Positions 50,957 through 64,000 of a DNA stretch of 64,000 nucleotides are shown piece by piece (within the stretch, counting starts at the first letter, position 1; the number at the start of each line of letters is the position of its first letter). Both the position numbers and the translations under genes were made by a program. The stretch covers positions 15,604,059 through 15,668,058 of the forward strand of contig NC_068987.1 in NCBI RefSeq assembly GCF_001194135.2. The letters run 5' to 3'. The notes under the pieces are model-generated. The model saw nothing but the letters and a program-made list of their open reading frames with translations, had not been told where the DNA came from and did no database searches. The DNA comes from Octopus bimaculoides (lineage: Eukaryota).

Positions 50957-53900
50957 TAATGATTCTGTCAATCAATTGCCTTTAATCACTCCCTAGCATT
51001 TTAAAAATTAAAAATAGAATAACAAAAGATGGGATGATCAAGGCTGGAATAACAGTTGACTTGAGGTTAAACAACTCAAACATTAACGACAAACGGTTTC
51101 TCTGTTTACAAAGGACATACATACATATATGAGACGTGTTAGAAGTCTGCTGCTGAGTTCTTAAGAATTGAGGAAGAATATCATGTTGTGTATGAAGGCA
51201 CTGGTTCTTATTTGTGCTAACGATTCTACCAGTTCACCACCTTCAGTAATAATAATAATACTTTCAAATTTTGGCACAGGGCCTGCAATTTCGGGGAAGG
51301 GATTAAGTCGATTGTATCAACCCCAGTGTTCTACTGGTATTTATTTTTCTAATCCCCAAAAAGATGGGGAGTTGTACTCGTAATTACAAGATCATGGTCT
51401 TGAGCAAAACAGTATACTTCATGTTACTTCAGTTCACTCAGCTGTAAATGAGCAGCCCTGCAACTGACTGACACTCTGTTCAGAGTAGAGGGTGGGATCT
51501 CGGTCGCTTTATACCCCATGGAATCCAGGTATCTACCTCTATGAGTCCTCAGACAGTGATGTCCAAGGGACTTAAATTTTTTATCATGTTGTATATAGGT
51601 GCAGGTGTGGCTGTGTGGTTAAGAAGTAGGTTTGGTAGACAGAGACTAAAAGAAGCCCATCATATATATGTGTGTGTGTGTGTTGGTGGCGGTGGGGGGC
51701 ATGGCTTAGTGGTTAGGGTGTTGGACTCACAATCATTAGATTATGGTTTCTATTCATGGACTAGGCTACGCTTTGTGTTCTTGAGCAAAATACTTCATTT
51801 CACATTGCTCTATTCAACTCATCTGGCAAAAATGAGTAATCTTGTGATGGACGGCTGTCCCGTCCAGGTGGAGAATATATATGCCAGGAAACTGGCCCTT
51901 ATGAGTCAGTATGAATCAAAAAGGTAACTTTACTTTACCTTGGATGTGTGTGTCTGTCTGTCTTTGTGTCTGTGTTTGTATCCCACCATCACTTGACAAC
52001 TTGTGTTGGTGTGTTTACATCTCTGTAACTTAGTGGTTCAGCAAAAGAGACCGATAGAATAAGTATCAGGCTTTAAAAAAAAAAAGCACCAGCGTCAATT
52101 TGACTAAAATCCTTTAAGGTGGTGCCCCAGCATGGCCACAGTCTAATGACTGAAGCAAATAAAACTATGCATGAAAAAGACAGGATTGTCATGGCTAGAA
52201 TACTTTCCCTCTTAAGTTTGCTTGAACAAAGTTGGCTGACAGCCAAATAACAGCAGATGGTGTACAAATATTCCATTTGACTTGTACTGTACTATCTTAG
52301 CCAGTTTTGCTACCCAATAACAATAATGATAATAATAATTTCAAATTTTGGTTCAAGGCCATCAGGTTCGGGGGGAGAGAGCAAGTCAATAACATCAACC
52401 CCAGTATGCTCAACTGGTTCTTATTTGTGCTAACGATTCTACCAGCTCACCACCTATAATAATAATAATGATAATAATAATACTTTAAAATTTTGGCACA
52501 GGGCCTGCAATTTCAGGGAAGGGATTAAGTCAATTGCATCAACCCCAGTGTTCTACTGGTATTTATTTTTCTAACCCCCAAAGAGATGGAAGTATGGAGA
52601 GTATTTCTCCTACAGGTCTTTCTTATGGTACAGGTTTTTCATTTAGTAATTCAGGGTTTCTGTAGGACATCTTCAAAAAGAAACCCCAATTACTTCCTGT
52701 GAAGTTCTCTCATGAATTGACCCCAGTACCAGTTATACACTGGAGTTGACGAAATCGACTGCCCCCCCCCAAAAAAAAAATTTCAGGCCTTGTGCCTATA
52801 GTAGAAAAGAATACTTGGATTTTGTTAGTGTAATTGACTGTTGTTGTAGTTGTGGCTTTACCTAAGGAGATCTGTGGTCAAAAGAAAGCCAGACTTGACC
52901 ATATCATTTTTTTATTTTTTATTTTTCTTCTCTTTTCCTCTTTTCTTATTTTTCTGAACTTTTTCATCCAGTGTTTTCTTCCATATTTTTTAAGATGGTT
53001 GGGTGTAATTTAATGAAGATTTAACTGCTATTTCTAGCACATCAAATGACCACATAGAGGTTTCTTTGTTGCCTTGCCTTACTCACTGTGTGTATGTGTG
53101 TGTGTTACTGACTCTTTGTGTGTGTATGTTTGTGCTACTGACTCTGTATGTGATGGAAAGTGAGCCAGCACTTAAAGAATTGTTGATAAAATTGTTGATG
53201 CTATTGCAGTGCTTTCTTGGTTTACAACATTGTATGTGTTGCTGTATTGCTTTATCCAATTGCTTTTGTGCTTTGCTTATTTACAACAAGTGAGCTTTTG
53301 CATTACATCATTTTCATTTCTGCTCCCCCAGGTGAAATTGTGCTACAATTTCTTTAAAAAAAAAATAGACCTGTTCAAAATGCTATTATTCCAGAAAAGA
53401 AAAACCATTTCAACAGATTTAAAGAAAAAAAAAGAAGAAAGAACATTTTTGTTTCAATCATAGAAAGTTTAAAATAACCATTTCTTTTGATGAGATATAA
53501 CCAGGCAAAAACCAAATTTATTTTTCGAAAGGAAGTTTTGGAGAACTGAACTGAAATGTGTCTGGAATATTATTTGTTTTCGTGTGAAGTTGTCCATCAC
53601 AGTAAATTTCAACTCAAGGTTATGATGTAACAGATCAAATATATAGAGAAACAGTTCCCAAATTTATTTTGTCATAGAACTTTTATGTGATTTTCTAAAC
53701 ATCATGGAACCCATACCTATAAGGACATACTTATATTATGCCATCTTAATTTTAATAAGGCATTAAATTAAGCCAAAACCATTTTAAAGAAAGAATTTAT
53801 TCATATAAAAAAACAACATATAACCTACTATTATTTTGAAATAGGCGAATATCATTTTATTTTTACAAACTAAAATTTTGTTACATTTTATTAAAAGACA

Positions 53901-54329
53901 TCTTACCTTGAGGAAACTCTAGAAAACATACATACAGGTATATTGTTAGGTTCTATACTGCACCTACTATGATTTTCATTACCTGATTATCACTACATTG
54001 CACCTACAAGTACCATAGTAAGCTTATTGCCCTCATTCAATGCCCACCCTCTCATAACTACAAACACTGCATACAATCTACCGAACGTGTGCTACTGTAT
54101 TCTATATACATCATCTCTGAAGAATACCACCTTTTTTTCCATAAAAAAATAACAACTCATACATTGACTAATTCTACGCAACATAAAATAACTTACAAAC
54201 TGCACCACATCAGAGTGACCAGCTTCAGCTCAACAAATTATTATTGTTAAAGTCCTATCTCTTAAATGCTAGAAATTTCATGTTTATTCTCACTCTGTCA
54301 AAAGCTAGTGCTAACATCACTAATCACAT

Positions 54330-54372
<43 letters not shown>

Positions 54373-54754
54373 CTCTCTCCTTTTGTTAGCATATTTATGC
54401 TTTGAAATATACTACCTGTGTTTCAATTAGTTTTGGAAATAACGAAGAATTTATTAAAATAACTTTGTTGTTATTAACCTGGTGTTAAGAATATAAACTA
54501 ACATGGAATCTTGTCGTAAGGTTTTAAATTTAGATCAATGGCAGAATTGTTAGCATTGCCAGACAAAATGCTTTGTGGCATTTCATTCAGCTGTATCTTC
54601 TGAATTCAAACATTGCCAAGATTTACTTTGCCGTTCATCTGTTCAGAATTGATAAAATAAGTGGCAGCAGAGTACTCAGGTCGATCAGTGATATTGACCA
54701 ATCCCTCCTCCAAAATTGCAGGCTTTGTACCTATTCTACAAAGAATTATTATTA

Positions 54755-54786
<32 letters not shown>

Positions 54787-54935
54787 GGCAGTGAGCTGGA
54801 AGAATCATTAACACACTAGATGAAATGCTTAGTGGTGTTTCACCCGTTGGGGTTGATAAATTAAGTACCAGTGAGACACTGGGGTCGATGTAATCGACTC
54901 ATCCCCTCTTCCAAAATGACTGCCCTTGAGGCAAA

Positions 54936-54970
<35 letters not shown>

Positions 54971-56631
54971 GGTGGCGAGCTGGCAGAATCATTAACATGC
55001 TGGATGAAATGCTTAGTGGTATTTTGCCCATTGCTACGTTGTGAGTTCATATTCTGCCGAGGTCAACTTTGCCTTTCATCCCTTCGGGGTCGATAAATTA
55101 AGTACCAGTGAAACACTGGGGGTCAATGTAATTGACTAGCCCCTTCTCGCCAAATTTCAGGCCTTGTGCCTTTAGTAGAAAGGATTATTATAGTTGTTGT
55201 CGTCATCGTCTTTGTCATCATCGTCATCGTCATTCTTAAAGCAGTGAAATGGTGGAATTGTTAGTCTGTCAGACAAAATGCTTAGCAGCATTTCTTCTAG
55301 TTCTTTATGTTCTGAGTTCAAGCCCCATCCAGGGCAATTTAATCTTCAGGTGAGGGGTGGGTGGGCAGTGAATAAAATAAAGTATCAGTTAAGTCCTGGG
55401 GTCAGTGTAATCCACTGATCCCCATCCCCTAAAAATTGCCAGCCTTGTGGCAAAATTTGAAAAGAAAATTATTATGATTATTATAATTTTGCCTCCCTCA
55501 CTGATAAACTATATAAAATTACAAACAGAGACATAGAGAAAATTAGCAGTGCTGAATAACTCACTGAGTAATTGAATACATTCCAAAACCAAGAAGTGTT
55601 AGAGAATTTACACCAGTATATAACTGCTATTTGGCTATTTTGTGGATCGTTGAAAGCCAAATAGTGAATTTGGTTGCAATGGATATAATACATGCTTCCT
55701 GTCACAAATTCTTTTATTATTTATACTGGTTACATTACCAAAGGATGCTGGCAAAGGAGCCACTGCATGGTTGTTTGACTTACTTGAGAAAAAGCAGTCA
55801 AATCTCCCTCATGTCATTTTGTATTGCTAAAAATATGAAAGGACATATGATATAATATAGTCCTTCATATACTATGCCAAGAAAAGCAATGCAGAATAAT
55901 CATGGATGTGTGTATGTATGTGCATATATGTACCTGTGTGTGTCTGTATGTGTGTTTGTGTCTGTCTGTCTATGCATGTGCTTGTATCTGTGTGTGTGTG
56001 TGTGTATGTGTTTATGTATTTGTGTGCACAAATATTTAAGTGTTTCTGCTCATTCAAAATGCATTTGTCATAACATAACACAATTAATGTGGAATGAAAC
56101 CCAGGCTTAAAATTAGACCACAAACAGGAAGAAACTTGACTTTATATACTGAGTTCTCTCTCCCCTAAGTGCAACCTAAGATGGAATACATGTGTCAATG
56201 TATACAAATGGGAGAAAGAGTACTCAATACAATGAATAGAGTATATTTCTTTATTTTTTGGAAGCTGATGATTCACTCAGTCGTTACAGGAATCATCTTT
56301 GAATGTATATATCATTGATGTTGTCATTGTCATCACCACCATTATCATCACCATTGTCATCACCACCACCACCACCTTCATCATCGCTGTTGTCATCTTC
56401 TTCCTCCTCCCTGTCATCATCATCACCACCACCACCATCATCTTCATCGTCACCCTACATTGGCTTTCCCATGATGATACAGGCTGGATGGGATCATTCT
56501 GCAATCATCTCTTTCATGTGGGCAAACATCCTGAAATCAAACTTTACCACTTCCCTTCATGTCTTCTTTGGCATTCTCTTATATATTTGCATATATATGT
56601 ATGTGTGTGTGTATGTATGTATGTGTATGTG

Positions 56632-56678
<47 letters not shown>

Positions 56679-58628
56679 ATTGACCAGGTTATTGGATGTT
56701 GTTATACATCACTAGTCACAATGCACTTTGCATCAATTTAGCTTTCAAATGATGCCACCCCATTGGCTAAGCAAGCAGGCCCCAACATTCCCTTTGATCA
56801 GAAGGCTAATCCATCACAGGGTTACCTCTTTACAGCCTAACAACTAGACCATGCACCTTCATATAGGCACAATCTTTTTATTATTACTGTTAATCTGCAC
56901 AAGTTACAGTGTGACTCATGCATTGAGAGTTCTGGATATTGGCACTTAGCAAACAGTTTAATAAGTACCAATGTATGAAACTCTCAGCCCATGGGTCCCC
57001 CTGTAACATCTACTAATTAATAATGAAACACGTACATATACACATATATACATACATACACATTTATTTATAAATACACTCATGCAAAGTCACACACATG
57101 CACACACACCTAAAGATGGGAATTTTTTTTTCATTTGTTCTCTATGTTTTTATTGTACCCCATTTCCTCCACATATACTACCAAAACACACAACTTTGGG
57201 TGTCATACTGAAATTTCATTTTATATTGATGTGGTTTCCCTATTCCAATTTTACAGTTTCTTTTCTTCACTTTCTCCTCTGTTGTCTTCTGTTCCTGGCA
57301 TGCAACATGTTCTGTTCATCTCCTATATCCACTCTGGATATATTTATTTCAATTTCAGCACTTTTGTAATTTCTCTTGTTTGGTCAAGAAGTACTTTTGG
57401 AACATCTAATTTTTACTATCCTTTTTTCCCCCAGTGTTTTCATCTTGACATATCTTGTGTGTTGTTTTATTTTGGTTATAAACCACTAATGTCTTTTCTT
57501 TTCTATATCCCAGTTGCTATGATGTAATCATCTACTTTTTGTGTCCTTTGTGTGCCATCTTCATTATATTATTCTCTAACATTCATATCCTATAGTTACT
57601 GATACCAATAGAGTTAGTGGTCCTCCACTAACTCTAGTCTTCTACTATAGCCTCAGTATATGTATATATGTACATTTGTGTGTTTGATTGTGTGTATGTG
57701 TGTGTGTGTGTGTATTTGTGTCTCTTTGTCTTGATATCACTATCATACATGTGTAATTCATTTCCAATATTCTGTGAAAACATATCTGGCTGTGGGGAAA
57801 AATTTCCTTGCTTAGAAACAGGTAAAGATTGGCAACAGGAAAGGCATCTGTTCATAGAAATCTGCCTCAATGAACTCTACATGATTTAAATAAAAGTGGC
57901 CATTAAAATTATGAATGTGATGTGTGTGTGTGTGTGTGTATGTGTGTGTTTGTGCATGTGTGTGCAGATAATTGAGTATGCATGTGTGTGTGTGTCAGTC
58001 ATTATCATTTAATGTCCATTGTCCATGCTGGTATGGGTTGGATGGTTTACCCAGAGCTGGTAAGCTGGAAGGCTACACCAGACTTCAGTCTGATTTGGCA
58101 TTTTTATGGCTGGATGCCCTTCCTAATACCAACCACTTCGAGAGTGTAATGGGTGCTTTTATGTGCCATCAGCACAGGTGCCTTTTGCGTGACACTGGTA
58201 TCTGCCACAACTGCAATTTTGCTTGGCTTGATGAGTCTTCTTCCCAAGCACGAGATAATGTCAAAGGTCTCAGTCATTGTATCTGTTAGGCCAAACATTC
58301 GAAAAGAACTCAGCCACTTTGCCTCTGTGAAGCCCAATGCTCAATTATATATTTTGGCAAATAAATACAGATATATTTATATAGATATGTACATATCTAT
58401 ATGCATCTTGGAATCACTGTTCTCACAGTTGTAGCCATATGCATTATGTGCTGGAACAGATGTGAAACAGTATCCTGCCAGAAGCTCTCACAGTTCTATC
58501 AGCCAATCGCTTTGGCTAGATCTATGTCAACTCTGAAAGGAGTAAAGGCAAAATTGACTTTGGAATCATTTGATTTCAGGGTACAGTGTGCCTTTACAAA
58601 AACCACAATTCATTTTTCCCAACATACA

Positions 58629-58666
<38 letters not shown>

Positions 58667-59714
58667 TAGAATAAAAGTATTGACAGGCAAACAACTAGTA
58701 TCTGGTCAGATTATGGCATTTATATATTTATGCAACTTATATGGAGAAAGGAAGCTTTAAAGAGCTTAAAAATCACATGAGATCAATCAAAGATTGGTTT
58801 AGAAATGTTTATAATGGTGTTACATGATCTTACCTCATAACTATTCCAGGAAAGTACCAGCATATAACCACAATCATTCTGACCATTCCTAAAGCTGTCT
58901 TTTATTAATCTATTGAACTTTAAACTCCTCAAACCTTCCTTTCTCCATAGAAGTTGTATCATCATCATCAGTTAATGTCTGTTTTCCATGCTGGCATGGG
59001 TTGGATGGCTTGACCAGAGCTGGCAAGTTAAAGAGCTGCATCAGATTCCGGTCTGATTTGGCACGGTTTCTATCATTGGATACCCTTCCTAACACCAACC
59101 ATTTTACACAATGTGCTGGGTGTTTTTTTTATGTGACACCACCATGGCACCTTTTATGTTGCCCAGCACGGGTGCTTTTTACAATGCCCAGCATGGGTGC
59201 TTTTTATGTGACCCAGTATGAGTGCTTTCCACATGGCCCACCTCGGGAGCTTTTCACATGGTGCAACCATGGATGCTTTTACAAGACACTGGCATGTGTA
59301 CCTTTTATGCAGCGCCAGCATAGGTTCTTTCTCATGGCACTGACATGGGTGCTTTTTATATGGCACCAGAATGGTGCTTTTGCTGGCCAAGGAGGGCATT
59401 AACACTTCTGTTGTGGTGGACATGTCTTCTTGAATACAGCAAGGCACCAGATATCTTGGTCAAATATATAAATATAATCAGACCAGAGATCAGTTGTTTG
59501 CCTGTCCATACTTTTATGCTATTACACATGTACCAGCTTGATTGAAACATTGCCAACAACCAATCCTTATTTAGGCAGCTATGACATACCTGCATTTTAA
59601 GTTGCAGTTCAGAGTGGAGTTTAAGCAGGAAATCAACCTGAGCACTAATTATGTCTACCTGTTATCTTACATCATAAGACATATTAAATATTACCTGCAA
59701 TTTATATATAGTTA

Positions 59715-59764
<50 letters not shown>

Positions 59765-60339
59765 ATATATATCTATATTTATTTATTTATTTATATATAT
59801 CTATATTTATTTTTATTTATATTTATATATATATTTATTTATATATATTTATATTCATATATATTATATTTATTTGTCTATATTTATTTATAGATATTTA
59901 TATTTATACATATATTCTTTGTTTACTAACTGAATGTAACACTTCATGGTTGCAAAACCGTTGGTCACTCTATGACCAGACATATACTTAACTGCATATA
60001 TAAATATATATTTACTAATATGGTTAAAAGCCAAGAGGGTTCAAACACAACATACTTCATTCAAACTAATTTCTCAATATATGATCCAAATATAGAATTT
60101 TACATTCTTTCTTTTTATTATAGAGACCACATTACAGCCATTTCAATCATATTTGACTGTATCAAACACAAACCACATTTGATGAAATCAACCATATAAC
60201 AATTCTTCAATCTTTGTGTCTTTTTTTTTTTTACTCTCACATTTAATAATTCTCACATATTCTTTATTTACTCACATTGGTGTTTTGTCTGTTTATGTGG
60301 ATGATTTCATTAAAACTGCATGGTTTGTTCCCTCTTCAG

Positions 60340-60487
60340 TTTCTGGATCGACACCACTTTTTTGCAGTCCTTGATCCTCAGTTCATTGTAGATTTTATGC
60401 GTTGGGAGATTAGCTTTTTAAAGAGCAACTGGAAAGCCACAAAAGGGAGACCTACTTTGATTGTCGTTGTTCAACCTTGGGTTTTAG
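60340..60487 (+). CDS. PHKA: PHKA exon 16b (second homologous alternative exon)
   Basis: FLDRHHFFAVLDPQFIVDFMRWEISFLKSNWKATKGRPTLIVVVQPWVL+G; 148 nt, phase 0-1; ccctcttcAG acceptor and GTAAGG donor; no stop codons. Confidence 0.85.
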
Positions 60488-60629
60488 GTAAGGCACTCAA
60501 GAATTCTCACTTGTAAGCCCAGTGGACAGTGTTGCTTCCGTAGACTAGTTCTGCAGTGTACTTTATTTTTACTGCTTCTTATATGCACAATAGACAATGT
60601 CTTTCTACAAATACATATGTATCCACCTA

Positions 60630-60689
<60 letters not shown>

Positions 60690-61819
60690 CGAATATATGA
60701 TTATACATACACGTATAGAGACTGTTGAACTTTCATATTTACATGCAGAGTAAAACAGGGTGTATCTATTTTATTAGATGGTAAAGCTTCTTAAATTGTA
60801 ACTCAGAGTTTCACTTTATCAATTACTCACATAAATGGGGTAAGAAAACAGCCTGATTGTAAATATGCTAAAATGTTTATAAACACATCGAAATATGAAT
60901 AGTCTATTATATATCAATATTTAATTGGTATGGAAAAAAATATCAAAAATTTATCTTATACTGAGCTGTCCAATCTTGATGTACAGAACATGGGATATTC
61001 TTTTCTACTCTAGGCACAAGGCCCAAAATTTTGGGGGAGGGGGCCAGTCAATTAGATTGATCCCAGTACAAAACTGGTACTTAATTTATTGAACCCTGAA
61101 AGGATGAAAGGCAAAGTTGACCTTGGCGGAATTTGAACTCAGACCGTAAAAACAGACGAAATACCGTTCAGCATTTTGTCCACCATACTAACGATTCTGT
61201 CAGCTCACTGCCTTAGAACATGGGATATTCACATCTAGTTATGTGCAAAAGCATATATTCTAATGTTCTGAGGATTATTATGTGTATAAAATTTAAGCAC
61301 GGAAAGTAGTTATCGCTAATTAAGTTTTAGTGTTGATGAATAACTGAATATTTCTATAATTATATAACTATCTTTCAGACTATATCAAATCCATTATGTA
61401 ATAAATAAATTATTTTAGCCAGTTAGTCATTGGAAACCCCTCAAAATGTAGTGATAGAGATGCTTGCGAGAATTTGCAATTCTTATCACTTATTTAAAAT
61501 TACAAAAATCTTCAACAAGTGGCAAAGGTCCCACTTTCTAGAATCATTTGTGTGTTCTATAATGGATCAATTACTTTTTACAATTGTTGATATAGTCATA
61601 TAATAGACAAGTATGTGATGCATTTTCTTACGTTTTTTCTGTCAGCAACTAATCAGAACTTGATGTACTGCTGACTAATCGTATTTCAATAGTTGCAATG
61701 CTTTTTGCTTATATGCTGTCACAGTACTTCCATACATTATTTCAACAATCAATAAATTTTCAGTTTTGATTTAAGAAGTTTTGGCTTCTAACAATCTATC
61801 TATCTACCTACCTGCTTAT

Positions 61820-62152
<333 letters not shown>

Positions 62153-62590
62153 GTGGAAGCTGCTTATTATAATCATAGGCAATGTTTTTAAACATATTTT
62201 ATGTCCACTGTTTCATGTTATCACCTGTTTATCATTATTTAAATTTCTCAGTGCCAAAGTGAGAATAAGGGACTTTTACTGTATAAATATGTATGTAACG
62301 ATACATAACATGTAATATTGTGATCAAGCATTCAAGAATCCACTCACATGCACATACACACACACACACACATGCTTACACACTCCTATATCTATGCATC
62401 TTCATGCCTCCTAAATAATACTTATATGATTCTTTTGACTCTCCCTGTGATGATAAATGCAAAATCTAATTTTGTCTGTCTCCTTCTACAGAGTCAGACA
62501 GACAAATCATCCATTTAAAAATAATTCTAAAAATTTAATATATCAAAAATTGGATTAACTTTATTCGAAACACACTTTCCTGTAACTTAA

Positions 62591-62787
62591 CCCTTTAGTA
62601 TTCAGATTACTCTGTCAAATGTGATGCTCATTTATTCACCTTCTTTTGAATTAATCCTACATTGTCTCATCGCTTTGAGATTTAGAATGACTTCGTACGG
62701 TAAGTGTAAGAGGCCAGATCTGGCCAGTTTTAACATAAAGCAGGTAGAATATTTGGACTGGATATGGCCAATTTAAATGCTAAAGGG
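62591..62787. mobile_element. piggyBac-type MITE
   Basis: TTAA|CCCTTTAGTATT...AATGCTAAAGGG|TTAA (TTAA target-site duplication). Related copies at about 13886-14300, 39623-39840 and 43518-43733. Confidence 0.8.
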
Positions 62788-64000
62788 TTAAACCACAACT
62801 GACTACTACTATTTTTAATCATGTCTTCTGAAACCTATCTTGTTTCTTAACTGTAACAAAGCTAAATCAGTCTTTTGAAATAAACTGATGGTTTCTTACT
62901 AAAAATAAACCTTATAACTTGGAAATACATTTCTAACACAAGATAACTTTCTATCGCATCTTTCATATCCTCTCTGCTTGGTTGTTTTGGTTTTTCTAAT
63001 ATCTGTTAATATTTATTTGGTTAGTGCCTTTTTTGGATAATATTTCACTTGGTTTAATTTGTTTTGAACTAGTCACTGGTGTCAGTGTTTAGACTCCCAA
63101 GTCAGTTCTGATCATATAAACCTATGATCAAATATATTGTATTTCATTTCATTTCCTTTTGTTTGTTTGTTTGTTTCTTTGTTTCTTTCTTCCTTCCTTC
63201 TTTTCATTTCTTCTTCTTTCCTTCTTTTCACTTCTTCTTTCTTTCTTCCTTCCTTCTTTTCATTTTTTCTTCTCCTCTTCCTTATTATTATTATTATTAT
63301 TATCATCATCATCATTTATGGTTTCCTTTCATTATAACTTTATTTCAGCTGCCCTAGTACCGGGCATCCTCTGGAGGCCAAAACTAGCAACGGCACTTAT
63401 GTTTCGCTATGCATGCTAAAATTATCACCACATTTATTCCATTTTAGATGGAGAGTGCTTTCCGTAGTATATGGGCTGTACCCATCAAGGTTATCTTTTG
63501 TAGTTCACGGAGATTGGAGTTACCAGGGAGTTGCTTAATATACTTCTCAGCTCCCTTTATGATTGTGGTGGTGGTGGTGGTGGTGGCAAGCTAGCAGAAT
63601 CGTTAGCACACAAAGAAAAGTGCTTAACAGCATTTCGTCCGTCTTTACATTCTGAGTTCGAATTCTGTCGAGGTCAACTTTGCCTTTCATCTTTTTGGGG
63701 TCGATAAAATAAGTACCAGTTGAACATTGGAGTCGATGTGATCACCTTAATTCCTTCTCCAAAATTGCTGGCCTTGTGCCAACATTTGAAACTATTATTA
63801 TCATGAGGATATTGATAATAATGCTGAGTCAATAATGCATCATAAAATTTAGATCTATTGTCCATATTTAATAGAGAACCATAGAGATAGACTGATAGAT
63901 TGATGCATATCCAAGGTGTGTTTTTGCTTTTCCCAGTGATTTTTTGTTTTGTTTGTTCTTTATTTGTATCATTATAGCAGTCTTTTGTGTTGATGTTATC

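Noticed and set aside
57180-57560. Possible decayed LINE fragment on the minus strand
   Set aside because: No recognisable motif survives in any frame.
62492-62538. Acceptor giving ESDRQIIHLKIILKI* after exon 16b
   Set aside because: Good pyrimidine tract, but AT-rich low-information peptide with no homology and no donor; no other support.

Overview
AT-rich, repeat-dense eukaryotic genomic DNA from a gapped draft scaffold. The SINE, microsatellite and intron style suggests an octopus or other coleoid cephalopod (inference). Three spliced protein-coding genes were reconstructed by hand. (1) First coding exon of a glucose-6-phosphate transporter, SLC37A4-like (minus strand, ATG 4087). (2) A complete APC/C subunit 15 CDS, ANAPC15 (plus strand, 7362-18654, five coding exons, including a 36-nt exon that encodes an RRNSL kinase-site motif). 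(3) The 5' part of a phosphorylase kinase alpha subunit, PHKA (plus strand, ATG 25180). It has 15 exons that join in frame (522 codons), followed by two homologous, phase-identical exons at 49505-49649 and 60340-60487. These two cannot be joined to each other in frame, so they look like an old mutually exclusive exon pair; this is the most interesting signal in the window. The rest is SINEs, LINE 3' remnants (CR1-type, RTE-type), DD37D/maT transposase remnants, MITEs, a tRNA-Thr-like cassette, microsatellites and N gaps. Most ORFs in the supplied track are gap or microsatellite artefacts. All homology calls are by eye from remembered sequences; no search was run.
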